This document shows positions 38,088 through 51,077 of a stretch of 64,000 bases of DNA, piece after piece; the stretch's first letter is position 1, and every line of letters starts with the position of its first letter. Below the pieces are notes generated by a model. The model was not told the DNA's origin. It made no database searches and saw only the letters and a program-made list of their open reading frames with translations. The stretch comes from Eledone cirrhosa (Eukaryota), in the NCBI GenBank assembly GCA_964016885.1, contig OZ024746.1, forward strand, positions 63,736,001 through 63,800,000, written 5' to 3'. The position numbers were made by a program, and so were the translations under genes.

Positions 38088-38320
38088 ATCATCATTTCAT
38101 TTTACGTCCGCTTTTCCCTGCTTGCAAGGGTGGGACGGGAACTGATTCTGGTTTGATTTCTGCAGCTGGTTTCCCTTCCTATCACCAACCTCATTTACAG
38201 TGAGTGCTGGGTGCTTTTTTGCCGTGGCACCTCCACGACCACTTTGCAGTGGAATGATATGGACTCCAGTCCTATCATCTCATTTCTACAGCTGAGTAAA
38301 CTGGAGCAATGTAAAATAAA
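38088..38320 (-). mobile_element. SINE S2, 5'-truncated
   Basis: Homologous to 46078-46422. Confidence 0.85.
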
Positions 38321-38538
38321 CATAAATATATACATATATATAATATATATATAGATCATATAAACTCGTATAAGCACCTGAATAAAGGTCACTCATTTGA
38401 TGCTTTTTGTATTCTGGAGGTATGGTCAAATTTGGACATTGATACCTCGAGTAGCGTTTTTGTTCTGTGTAAGAACATAAATAAATAAATAATATAATAT
38501 AATCCCAAGATCATTTGTGACCGAAGTGGGTATTTTAT

Positions 38539-38584
<46 letters not shown>

Positions 38585-38591
<7 letters not shown>

Positions 38592-38908
38592 CCCACTTTG
38601 GCCACAAATAACCTTGGAATTTATACCTAGAAAGTTTTCCTCTGAGGTACAAGTTTGGGCAAGGTTGTTTGTGGAAGACCATCAGTTGCCCATGCACAGC
38701 AGTCTCTCCTCTCCATGCCACTAATGTTGTCCAAGAGAAAGACAAAGGCCGATACAGCTTGGTATCAGTGATGCCGCCAACTCATTTCTACAGCTGAGTA
38801 AACTGGAAAAATGTGAAATAAAGTGTCTTGCTCAAGGACACAACACATCATTCAGTCCAGGAATTGAACTCACAACCTCACGATTGCAAGCCATTAACCA
38901 CTAAGCCA
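38585..38908 (-). mobile_element. CORE-SINE with a third tail type (S3), 3' end in (TA)n
   Basis: Homologous to 47910-48180. Confidence 0.8.
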
Positions 38909-38955
38909 TAAATTAAGAAATGCATTAGTAGCTGAATTGTACAATAAGTTATATC

Positions 38956-39610
38956 TGTAAACATACAGAGTGGATAACCAATATATATTATGGTCACATG
39001 AAAGATTTTAGATGTCTTTTGATATTGGAGATGGTTGCTTCTGACAGGACTTGCTAGAAGGAATGTTTGAGGACTCTGCTCCCATGACCCTCTCAGGAAG
39101 AAGAAGAAGAAGAAGAAGAAGAAGAAGAAGAAGAAGAAGAAGAAGAAGAAGATATTGGTCTTGTGCTATGAAACAGGGGTATTTGGAGTGAGTATAATTA
39201 ATTCTTGTGAATTTATTGTGCTAACTTCTCTCATTTATGTGTGTGTGTGTCTATATATATATATAGACACACACACACATAAATGGAAGAAGTTAGCACA
39301 ATAAATTCACAAGAATTAATTATACTCACTCCAAATACCCCTGTTTCATAGCACAAGACCAATATCTTCTTCTTCTTCTTCTTCTTCTTCTTCTTCTTCT
39401 TCTTCTTCTTCTTCTTCTTCTTCTTCTTCTTCTTCTTCTTCTTCTTCTTCTTCTTCTTCTTCTTCTTCTTCTTCTTCCTGAGAGGGTCATGGGAGCAGAG
39501 TCCTCAAACATTCCTTCTAGCAAGTCCTGTCAGAAGCAACCATCTCCAATATCAAAAGATATCTAAAATCTTTCATGTGACCATAATATATATTGGTTAT
39601 CCACTCTGTA

Positions 39611-39618
<8 letters not shown>
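38956..39618. repeat. Large palindrome centred on (TA)7, with (GAA)n in both arms
   Basis: Arms of about 300 and 360 bp are reverse complements; about 18 GAA versus about 37 TTC units. Confidence 0.95.
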
Positions 39619-39689
<71 letters not shown>

Positions 39690-39695
<6 letters not shown>

Positions 39696-40669
39696 AGATC
39701 AAAAGATGGTTAAAAGAGTTCCAAGTATTTTATTATGCGCATTTCAAAAACAAATATCATCATAAGATGATATCTGCGTTTTCATCAGATAAAATAGGGA
39801 TACATGATATGAAGGTTAAAAAACACTTGTGAATAGTGAAGTTTTAAATCAACATATGAAAAATAATTTAAGATTGATGTATGAGATTGGGAAAAAGTGA
39901 GGGGGTTTGGAAAGGGTAAGGAAGAGGAGGAGATGAGAGTAAAGAATGGTGGGGGAGGAGTATAAGAAGGAAGGATGAGAGAGAGGAGGAGAGATGGGTG
40001 ATAGAGAGAGAGAGAGATATAGCCTTTACAACTGAGAAAAATATATATTGTCTCACAGAGAGAAGTTAAAAAGCCGTTGGAAGATAATAGATAATTTAAA
40101 AGAATTTGAAATTATAAGTTGATGAAGAGAAAAAGGGGTTAAGAATAATATTAAATTAAGGTTTGTATATTGAAGGGTTTAATAATATGTGCGAGGAAAA
40201 GAAATTGTTAATATGTATTATTAAAATAAGAATATTAATGTTATTAAGGATATAATGTAAAAAGAAGTAGAAGAGTGGATGAGTTATGAATTTAGAGGAA
40301 TTAGTTAGTGTTTAAGTTTGTTTTTATGTAATGTAATATGTGTAAATAGTTTGTTTAAAAATGAGCGCAGAAAGCAAAGAAGAAAAGAATGTTTAAGGAA
40401 GAAAAATCTAACATCAAAATATATATGTTTACGAAATATTTTCTAATGGTAATAATATAATATATTAAAGGAAATTAGTTAGGGTTTAAGTTTGTTTTTA
40501 TGTATTGTAATATGTAATATGTAAAAGTCAAACGAGCATGAAAGGAAGAGATAAGGAACTTAAGGAAGAAAAATCTAACGTCAAAAAATGTTTATGTTTA
40601 CGAAGGACTATTAAAGGTAATACTATAATGTATTTATTGCTTTATTGTGCTACAATAAAACTCACCTCC

Positions 40670-40672
<3 letters not shown>
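39690..40672 (-). mobile_element. Family C element with upstream body and an inverted 3'-terminal fragment (40635-40672)
   Basis: 39690-39858 matches 9420-9590; 40635-40672 is the reverse complement of 9332-9368. Confidence 0.75.
39726..39796 (-). ncRNA. Type I minimal hammerhead ribozyme (family C), canonical core
   Basis: Reverse complement: tattttat CTGATGA aaacgcagatatcatc..gatgatatttgttttt GAAA tgcgca TA ataaaata. Confidence 0.85.
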
Positions 40673-40707
<35 letters not shown>

Positions 40708-40710
<3 letters not shown>

Positions 40711-42407
40711 TCATCTTCGTTTAACGTCCATTTTCCACACTAGCATGGGTTAGACGAGAGTTGTCCCACTTGAGGCAAGGCTGGTCGGGTGACCGTGTCT
40801 CGCTCATATAGGACTATCTGGCAGGTTTTCTATGGCTGGATGCCCTTCCTAACACCAACCACATTTACAGTGTGGAACTGGGAACTTTTTACCGTGTTAC
40901 CTACACGGCCACATTACAGCGTGGACTGTGTGTGTTTTTTGTCATGACACCTACACGATCTCGATCTCATTATCTCATGCTGTTGGTGGGAGTGGGAGGA
41001 TAGGGTAGGGGTAGTGGATTGGGGTGTATATTTGGTTAAGAGGTGCCTACTGACTGTAGGTTTCACTTTGTACATAGGCAGGCGGGTCTTCTGTATTACT
41101 GCGTAGCGCCAAAGATCTCGGTCCAGAGACATTGTCTTAAAGAGATGTAAGTGTGTAAGGTCGGAATTTATCAGATCATCCCAGGGTTTTCTGGGTCTAC
41201 CTACTCCGTAACTACCATCAATTTTGATCACCCTGCACTTTTTTATGCAGCTGTCGTCTTTCATGTGCATCACGTGATCATACCAACGTAGTCTTCTCTC
41301 AAGTAAACAGCATCTGATCCCTCTTATTCCTAATTTCTCACTTAGTTCATTTATGCTTTGCCGTTCACGTATATTACTAATACACATCCAACGGAGCATG
41401 CATGCTTCATTCCTTTCCAGTCCTCTGCACGTAATGCCCATGTCTCACTGCCATGTAACATTGCTGTTCGTATACAGGCATCATACAATCTGCCTTTCCT
41501 TTTTAGAAAGAAACCTTTAAACTAGAACTTTAGTCTTAGACAAGTTAACTTTAAGGCCTTTTGATTCTAGGCCATGTTTCCATGTTTGGAATTTCTTCTC
41601 TAGTTCAGCCATTGATTCAGCTATGAGAGTTAGATCATCTGCATATAGGAGTTCCCATGGGCAGCCGGTCTTGAACTCCTCTGTTATAGCCTGAAGGGCA
41701 ATAATAAATAAGAGGGGGCTAAGGACAGAGCCTTGATGAATGCCAACTTTTACACTAAATTCTTCACAATAATCATTGTTAATTCTAACCTTACTGACTG
41801 TTTCATTATACATAGCTTGTATAGCTCTCACAAGCCATTCATCTACACCTAGTTTTCTAAGAGCCCACCAGATAATGGAGCGGGGGACTCTGTCAAAAGC
41901 TTTCTCCAGGTCTACAAAAGCTAAGTAGAGGGGTTTACTTTTAGCTAGGTACTTCTCTTGTAGTTGTCGTACAAGGAAAAGAGCGTCTGTGGTACTTTTA
42001 CCTGACACAAACCCAAACTGCATTTCATCTAGATCAATTCGCTTTCTGATTAGTTGCGCTATAACTCTTTCTGTAACCTTCATGACCTGGTCAACTAACT
42101 TAATGCTTCTATAGTTTCCCCTATCTAGAGAATTCCCTTTACCCTTGTAGCAGTTAATGATGATGCTGCTACGCCAGTCTTTCGGTATGACCCCATTCTG
42201 TATTACTTGGTTAACTATACGGGTGACCATAGTGTGTCCCACCATACCAGATGCTTTCAACATCTCAGCAACTATCCTCGAAGGCCCAGCTGCCTTGCCT
42301 GTCTTCATATCTTTGATTGCCTTACTTATTATACTACCTTTAACTTGCACCGCTGGTCCTTCTATTGGATCGATTTGGGGCAGACTATCTTTTTCCCATT
42401 TATTCTC

Positions 42408-42411
<4 letters not shown>
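40708..42411 (-). mobile_element. RTE LINE RT plus 3' UTR with an internal deletion, in (TA)n
   Basis: ORFs 41517-42350 (LLYADD) and 40914-41441; the PHD-like segment is missing at about 41517. Confidence 0.95.
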
Positions 42412-42469
<58 letters not shown>

Positions 42470-42814
42470 CAAGCAGGGAAAAGTGGATGTAAAATGATGA
42501 TGATGATGATGATGATGATGATATATATCATAGTTATATCAACTTAACAAAGGAGGAAGAGGTGGAGCAATGAACATCACAGATAATATAGTAAAATTGA
42601 TTTGGATCCCTACAATTACATTTAGGATTAATAATGGTGTTGTAAGATATGTTATAATTGCTATCCTGGTTAGTCATGGTTAAACATAGAATTAACAGTA
42701 TTACTTGAAGTAGTTCTGTTAATAATCAAATTATTATGTGGATTATTATGTACAATTAAATTATAATGATAAAGAGTGTCAATATGTTTATTAATATTCC
42801 TATTATTATTATTA

Positions 42815-43230
42815 AAGTGGATTGGCAGTATCGGTAGAGGGTCGGACGCCATGCTTTGACACAAAGAGTTACGGCCCTTTCCATTCTTAGTTCAAATCCC
42901 GCCGAGGTTAACTTTGCCTTTCATCCTTACGGGGTCGATAAAATAAAGTACCAGTAATACACTGAGTAATTGTTGGCCTTGTGCCAAAAGTAGAAACAAT
43001 TATTATTAAAAGTTAGGGGATTGGCAGTAAAGGTAAAGTATTGGACAATATATATTGTGGCATATAGTTATGGCCATTTGTGTTCTGAGTTCAAATATTG
43101 CTGAGATTAGCCTTCCCTTTCATCCTTATGGGGGTCAATAAAATATAGTACCAGTAAAATACTGATGTAGATAAAAATGATTTTTCTATTCCTTTCAAAT
43201 TGCTTGCCTTGTGCTAAAAGTAGAAAACAA
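42815..43230 (+). mobile_element. Two tandem S1 SINEs (one young, one old)
   Basis: S1 head and core twice. Confidence 0.8.
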
Positions 43231-43264
43231 TTGGTGATATATATATATATATATATATATATCT

Positions 43265-43550
43265 AAAAAGTCTAAAGTCTGTCTTAAGCCAGAAAGCTCA
43301 TTTGGCCGGTGCTTATCCTGGTTTCATGGCGAAAAGTGACTGGGAGTACCAGACTCCCCCCTGGATAGGATGCCAGTCCATTGCAGGGTTAAACCCCCAG
43401 TTATTGCTGGTACTCATTTTCAGCTGAGTATACTGGAGCAACGTGAAAATGAAGTGTTTTGTTCAAGAACACAGCATGCAACCCAGGAATCGAACCCATG
43501 ACATTATGATCATAAGTCTAACACTCTTACCACTAGGCCACATGCCTCCA
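43265..43550 (-). mobile_element. CORE-SINE
   Basis: Reverse complement shows a tRNA head (gggttcgattcc) and CORE-like block. Confidence 0.8.
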
Positions 43551-43729
43551 CTATATATATTTAGTTTGATTATCTTCTCCTCTATGGGAGATACTCTTCT
43601 CTCAGTGTTGACTGCACGTTTTTCATTTCTGAAGAGTCGATACATATTTAGAGATCCATCTCATATACATCACCTATTCCACATTTTCAAGGGGAAAACA
43701 TTCAACAAATGTGAAAACAAACTAATCAA

Positions 43730-44225
43730 CACTACCAATACTGCCACCACCACCACCACTACCACCACCACCAAAACCAACACCACCAATACCACTACCA
43801 CCACCACCACTACTACTACTACCACCATACCACAGCCACTATTATCACCACCACCATCACCACCACCATCACCACCACCACCACCACTACCACCACAATT
43901 ACAACCCAAATGGTTACCACCACCACTGAAACCACCACCACTACCACCACCACCACAACTACAATCACAACAGCCACCACCACCACCACAACTACAATCA
44001 CAACAGCCACCACCACCACCACCATCACCACCACTACCACAATTACAACCCCAACAGCTACCACCACCACCATCACCACCACTACCACAATTAAAACCCC
44101 AACAGCTACCACCACCACCGAAACCACCACCACTACCACCACCACTACCACCAACACCATAACTACAACAGTCACCACTATCACCACCACCACTACCACC
44201 ACCACCACCAACACCACCATCGCTG
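43730..44225. repeat. (CAC/CTA/CAA)n compound microsatellite
   Basis: Directly visible. Confidence 0.95.
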
Positions 44226-44739
44226 CCACCTCTTTATGCTTCCCTACCTCCAACAAACCCCAGCAAACCAAGAAATAAACAGATAAACAAATCCAAATTC
44301 AAATCTAAATTAGACTCAGCTTCCAGTACGGAACAATTGAGAAGGTTTGCTGCTGAATAAATAGTTGGTTTCCTTTTAACTATTGACTTCCATCTGATGA
44401 AGTGAATGAGAGATCAAGTGACATTTATATTCATTTAAATTACACTAAAGAGATGTTAATAATGACATTTACTAAACAAACATCCGAGAAAAGAATAAAA
44501 CTAGATAATGAGGTTGTAAAAGAGAGGAATTTCTCAATTACTACAACTATTTTCTATTTTCATATTTCCATGTAATCCAAGAGTGTTTAACACTTTCTCG
44601 CCAAATTGTTTTAGAAGAATAATTTAATTTTGTTTTCTCTTCTCTTCCTCCCGCCCACCACTCAATCCCTTCTTTGTGAGAAGCATGTGTAACTCCACAC
44701 ACACATAAACACACTCAAACACACACACAAACACACATG

Positions 44740-45250
44740 CATGGCTTAGTGGTTAGATCATTGCGTTTGCAATCGAAAGGTTGTGAGTTTAATTCTCGGA
44801 CCAGGTGATGTGTTGTTTCCTTGAGCAAGACACTTTATTTCACATTGCTCCAGTTTACTCAGCTGTAGAAATGAGATGATAGGACTAGGGTCCCTATCAT
44901 TCCACTGCAAAGTGGTCGTGGAGGTGCCACAGCAAAAAAAGCACCCAGCACTCACTGTAAATGATGTTGGTGTTAGGAAGGGCATCCAGCTGTAGAAATC
45001 AAGTCAGAATCAGTTCCCGTATGAGCAAGACAAGGTCAGCCGACCATACACTGCCCACAACAGGACAACCCGTCTAACCCATGCTAACGTGGAAGAACGG
45101 ACGTAAAACTGTGATGATGATGATGAGTGAAGGCGCGTGGCTGAGTGGTTAGAGAATTAGATTTGCAATCGTGAGGTTGTGAGTTTGTTTACCGGACCAG
45201 GCAATGCATTATGTCCTTGGACAAGACACTTTATTTTACATTGCTCCTTC
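44740..45250 (+). mobile_element. S2 SINE (44740-45125) followed by a second SINE head
   Basis: tRNA head, CORE, RTE-like tail and (GAT)n; a new head begins at about 45130. Confidence 0.85.
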
Positions 45251-45322
45251 TACCTGGAGTTGGAAAGACCAATAGAAACATTGTTTCCTCGGTCCGATTT
45301 GATGAAAGTTGATCGACTGTCG

Positions 45323-45481
45323 ATATATATATGTTACATATATATATGTTACATATATATATGTTACATATATATATGTTACATATATATATCTTACATA
45401 TATATATATATATATGTTACATATATATATATTACATATATATATGTTACATATATATATGTATATATATATATATGTTAC

Positions 45482-45514
<33 letters not shown>

Positions 45515-46060
45515 TACATATATACATATATATATATACATAAGGGTGAAAGCAGCGATTCTTTGCTAAAACTTTAATCTGTTATTTTAATAAATATATG
45601 TTACATATATATATATATATGTTACATATATATATATATGTTATATATATATATGTTACATATATATATGTTACATATATATATATGTTACATATATATA
45701 TATATGTTATATATATATATGTTACATATATATATGTTACATATATATATGTTACTTATATATATATATATGTTACATATATATATATATGTTATATATA
45801 TATATGTTACATATATATATGTTACATATATATATATGTTACATATATATATATATGTTACATATATATATATATATGTTACATATATATGTTACATACA
45901 AATATAAATTTAGCGAGACTCGTACTTCGGCGGGTAGAAATAAGCAAAACACAATTTCTGAGTTATGCTGGCAAGCGCTCCATGGACCAAAAGAGACCAG
46001 AGCAATAAACATAGGGTTATAAAGGCCATACATATGTTACATATATATATATGTTACACA
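45323..46060. repeat. GTTAC(AT)n compound micro/minisatellite with small unique islands
   Basis: Recurrent gttacatatatatat units. Confidence 0.9.
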
Positions 46061-46077
46061 CACACACACATATATAC

Positions 46078-46422
46078 ATCATCATCATCATCATCATCAT
46101 TTTACGTCCACTTTTCCCTGCTTGCAAGGGTGGGATGGGAACTGATTCTGGCTTGATTTTTACAGCTGGATACCCTTCCTAACACCAACCTCATTTACAG
46201 TGAGTGCTGGGTGATTTTTTGCCGTGGCACCGCCACGACCACTTTGCAGTGGAATGATAGGGACCCCAGTCCCTATCATCTCATTTCTACAGCTGAGTAA
46301 ACTGGAGCAATGTGAAATAAAGTGTCTTGCTCAAGGAAACAACACATCACCCGGTCTGAGAATTGAACTCACAACCTTTCGATTGCAAGGCCAATGCTCT
46401 AACCACTAAGCCATGTGCCTCC
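46078..46422 (-). mobile_element. Full-length S2 CORE-SINE in (TA)n
   Basis: Same as 24208-24527. Confidence 0.9.
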
Positions 46423-46442
46423 ATATATATATATATATATAT

Positions 46443-46619
46443 AGGAAAAAGTATGACCCCGACGGCAGAGCTCAAGCCGTTTCGTCCAGAAATAGCCATC
46501 GAAACGGCTTGAGCTCTGCCGTCGGGGGCATTCTTTTTCCTATTTCCCACTCTACTACCCTAAGTATTGAGTACTCTGGTGCGTTATGGTCCATCTGGTT
46601 CCTTACCACAATTCCTTTG

Positions 46620-46620
<1 letters not shown>
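46443..46620 (+). mobile_element. Hairpin-head element family B
   Basis: Homologous to 8842-9036. Confidence 0.85.
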
Positions 46621-46661
<41 letters not shown>

Positions 46662-46721
46662 CCACCTTTCGGGATTCTATCGCGCGTCCTACGGACGTGT
46701 TTTGAAACTCTAAATGAGGTA

Positions 46722-46814
46722 TCCTCTTGATAAGTCGGCAAACCTCACAAAAATACTGCATCTCTGTGATGTACTATTTTTGCATAATAAGCCACGAAAC
46801 TACGTAGTCGAGGA
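46722..46814 (+). ncRNA. Hammerhead ribozyme, U3-A8 core variant, GUC site (cut after 46809)
   Basis: tcctc TTGATAA gtcggc..gccac GAAA ctacgtag TC gagga. Confidence 0.8.
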
Positions 46815-47267
46815 GTAATGGAGAAATTTAGGTATGGCATATCTTATTAATTATATCTAATGTTTCTTCTCTCTTCATAATGTATTATATAGCTCTGATA
46901 CTGAGTCAATCTAATCCATTCGGATTATTTTGTCCCAGTTATTCATAGAGCAACAACGGTTAAGGTATCTGTGTATTTAAGGTATCTGTGTATTTCTTTA
47001 TATTGTTTATAACTCCCTATGGTAGAGTAACCATTGAAGTGTAGTGACTGCTGGAAAGCTATCATTACTCAAACTTCTCGCCATACTAGCCATCTCTTCT
47101 ACGGCTTTGTTATAGATACCCCCTCCACCTTTTGTGGTATTTTTTTCTTGGTTGTAAGAGGCTTAGCTCTGTTTCTTGACCGCTGTATCACGTGATTGAC
47201 TCCTCCTCCGCCTTTCGGAATTCTATCTCGCGTCCTACGGACGTGTTTTGAAACTCTAAATGAGGTA

Positions 47268-47360
47268 TCCTCTTGATAAGTCGGCAAACCTCACAAAAAT
47301 ACTGCATCTCTGTGATGTAGTGTTTTTGCATAATATGCCACGAAACTACGTAGTCGAGGA
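47268..47360 (+). ncRNA. Hammerhead ribozyme, U3-A8 core variant, GUC site (cut after 47355)
   Basis: Same fold; inner stem II caaaaatactgcatc/gatgtagtgtttttg. Confidence 0.8.
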
Positions 47361-47431
47361 GTAATGAAATAATTTGGGTATGGTATATCTTATTAATTAT
47401 ATCTAATGTTTCTTCTTTCTTTATAATGTAT

Positions 47432-47489
<58 letters not shown>

Positions 47490-47490
47490 C

Positions 47491-47526
<36 letters not shown>

Positions 47527-47528
<2 letters not shown>

Positions 47529-47863
47529 CACCCCCCCCCCATCCACACCGCCCCTTTCAATGTAAAGTTATGTTAGTGCCACAACATCCAGGCCGAAACA
47601 AATGAGATCGTGTAGGTGTCACGACAAAAAAACACACAGTCCACGCTGTAATGTGGCTGTGTAGGCAACACGGTAAAAACCTCCCAGTCCCACACTGTAA
47701 ATGTGGTTGGTGTTAGGAAGGGCATCCAGCTGTAGAAAACCCGCCAGACAGTCCTATGCGAGCAAGACAACCACTCTTGCCTCAAGTGGGAAAACTCCCG
47801 TCCAAACCCATGCAAGCGTGGAACATGGACGTTAAACGATGATGATGATGATGATGATGATGA
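47527..47863 (+). mobile_element. RTE 3' UTR fragment with (GAT)n tail in (TA)n
   Basis: Reverse complement of 20190-20650 without the internal duplication. Confidence 0.9.
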
Positions 47864-47909
47864 TATATATATACATATAGATATATTACACACATACATA
47901 TATATATAT

Positions 47910-48180
47910 AGGCTTAGAGGTTAGAGCATTGGGCTTGCAATCGAAAGGTTGCGAGTTCGATTCTCAGACCGGGTGATACGTTGTGTCCTTGAGCAAGACA
48001 CTTTATTTCATGTTGCTCCAGTTTACTCAGCTGTAAAAATGAGTTGCGACATCACTGGTGCCAAGCTGTATTGGCCATTACCTTTCCCTTGGATATCATA
48101 GGTGGTGTGGAGAGGGGAGGTTGGTATGCATGGGCAACTGCTGGTCTTCCACAAACAACCTTGCCCAGACTTGTGTCTCA
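47910..48180 (+). mobile_element. CORE-SINE S3, interrupted at its 3' end
   Basis: tRNA head, CORE, and tail as in 38585-38908. Confidence 0.85.
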
Positions 48181-48410
48181 GAGCTATCTATCAAATTATA
48201 AATGTGAGGAAAAATATACCTAATTTTTTTATGGTGCACTACAGCTGCAAACCAATCAGTGAAATTGCAGTCGGTACCTAGGAGAAAAAATTATATAAGT
48301 TTTGTCTATTTTTCCTCGCAGTTATAATTTGATAGATAGCTCTGATTAAATGATTATATTTCTTAATTCTTTCAGACATTGAGCAAAACTGGTCAAGGCG
48401 GAACACCACA
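48178..48410. mobile_element. Short fold-back element next to (TA)n
   Basis: agagctatctatcaaattataa..gaggaaaaata (48180-48215) is inverted at 48307-48343. Confidence 0.6.
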
Positions 48411-48432
48411 TGCATATATATATATATATATG

Positions 48433-48482
<50 letters not shown>

Positions 48483-48615
48483 TATATATAATATATATAT
48501 ATATGAAATATATTGTATATAATATATATATATATGAAATATTATATTTATATATATATGAAATATTATATATATATATAAAATATTATATATATATATA
48601 TGAAATATATATATA

Positions 48616-48703
<88 letters not shown>

Positions 48704-48828
48704 TAAATGAAATATTCTATATATATATATATGAAATATATATATGAAATATATATATGAAATATTATATATATATCTATACCATCATTTTACATCTGCT
48801 TTTCGCTGCTTTCATATATATATATATA

Positions 48829-48874
<46 letters not shown>

Positions 48875-49679
48875 TATCATCCATTTTACGTCCAATTGAA
48901 AGAAAAGAATGATGACTATATGTGTGTATATATGTATGTATACATATGCATGTGTGTATGTTTCTATAACTGTAGATATTTCTAGACACTTATATAGCCA
49001 TATATTAATAATATACTTTTATATATCCATTACGTATCTCGCCCATTATTTCTCTATATGCCTATTATCCCCCCTTTTTCTTTTTACGATTTAACAATCT
49101 ATCTTTCATCTAACTATCTATCTCATTAACTACTTTCTTTCTTACTTACTCATACACACACTAAATGTGTGTATATATATATATATATGATGCTGCCCCC
49201 TCGTTATCGAGTATGGCCATTGCATGATATACCATTATTAATAATTATTAATTAATTCTATCGTGCAATGCCTGTGCGTGAAGATATATTTTTTAAAGTG
49301 AGGAAAGACTGTGCACTGAGCCAATCCCACTCTCTGAGCGACAGTAGCTATAACCCGAAAAGAAGAAAAGATCAACATCATCGGTAACTACTAAGCCGCA
49401 GGTTTTATATCGGAGTTATCCCAGTTTCCTGAGTTGCCTTCTCCTAGAAGAATGCCCTGACAAAGGCTAGGGGTCCTTCACTCCCAGTGGTTTAACCGCG
49501 CGATCGGGTGTCCAGCCCGATTATTTCTGTCCCCGCGCATGTACATACACATGCACCCATGTATATACACATATACATATACATACATATATATATATAT
49601 ATATATATCCATATATACACACACATACAGACACACACATATATATATATACATACATACATACATATATATATATATA

Positions 49680-49865
49680 ATTGTTTCTACTTTTTGGTAC
49701 AAGTCCAGCAATTACCCAGTGCATTACTGGTACTTTATTTTATCGACCCTGTAAGGATGAAAGGCAAAGTTAACCTCGGCGGGATTTGAACTCAGAATGG
49801 CAAGGGCCGTAACTCTATGCGTCAAAGCATGGCGTCCGACTCTCTACTGATACTGCCAGTCCACC
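49680..49865 (-). mobile_element. SINE S1
   Basis: Reverse complement shows S1 head and core. Confidence 0.85.
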
Positions 49866-49869
49866 GCCA

Positions 49870-50515
<646 letters not shown>

Positions 50516-51077
50516 CAAACAAAATAGAACACTGTGTATGCTCATTAATCTAAGTATTTACCCCCCCCCCCCCCCCCCCTCCTGCTTCCCTCCATATATA
50601 CACATGTATTTTTGTTCAATGTAACACTATAGATACATATTTCATTTCAGCAATTATCTGACTTGTTAAATTTAAACAGTGATAATTGAACAAGAATGGT
50701 CCAACTTTCCATTGACTTATTAGCAATTTCCTGTATATTGTATTGATGTGGTTTTATCCAGAAACTATGGTACTTAATTACTTTATCAAGCAGTGTTATT
50801 AATAGTATTATTAATATTACTAATAATGATTTCTTTATTAACCACAAGGGTTTACATAAAGTAGACATTAAGGACAGTACAGGACAATACAGGGCGGTAC
50901 AAATGGGCATTTCTGCGTGTAAAAAAAAAGTAACAGAGGATGTAATAATAGAACAATGAAAAAATTCTCCAATAGGGGGGAGACTTCGGAGGGACATTTG
51001 TGGAGAAAGCCCAGTAAAAGGCCACAGTGACCCTGACCACCAAGGCAAGTGCCCTCTCCCAGTTTTCCACCTTTAAT

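Larger units (their letters stand above)
46662..47436 (+). mobile_element. Retrozyme-like element (family K): direct repeats of about 228 bp, each with a hammerhead, period 546 bp, in (TA)n
   Basis: 46662-46889 repeats at 47208-47435; no credible ORF. Confidence 0.85.

Noticed and set aside
43443-44278. Pro/Thr-rich extensin- or mucin-like ORFs
   Set aside because: A CAC microsatellite joined to an antisense SINE.
45250-45322. Possible hammerhead remnant (ttgg aaaga ccaa..GAAAcattgTT)
   Set aside because: CUGANGA and stem I are missing.
49190-49545. GC-richer island, possibly an RTE 5'-related or SINE remnant
   Set aside because: Single copy in the window and could not be classified with confidence.
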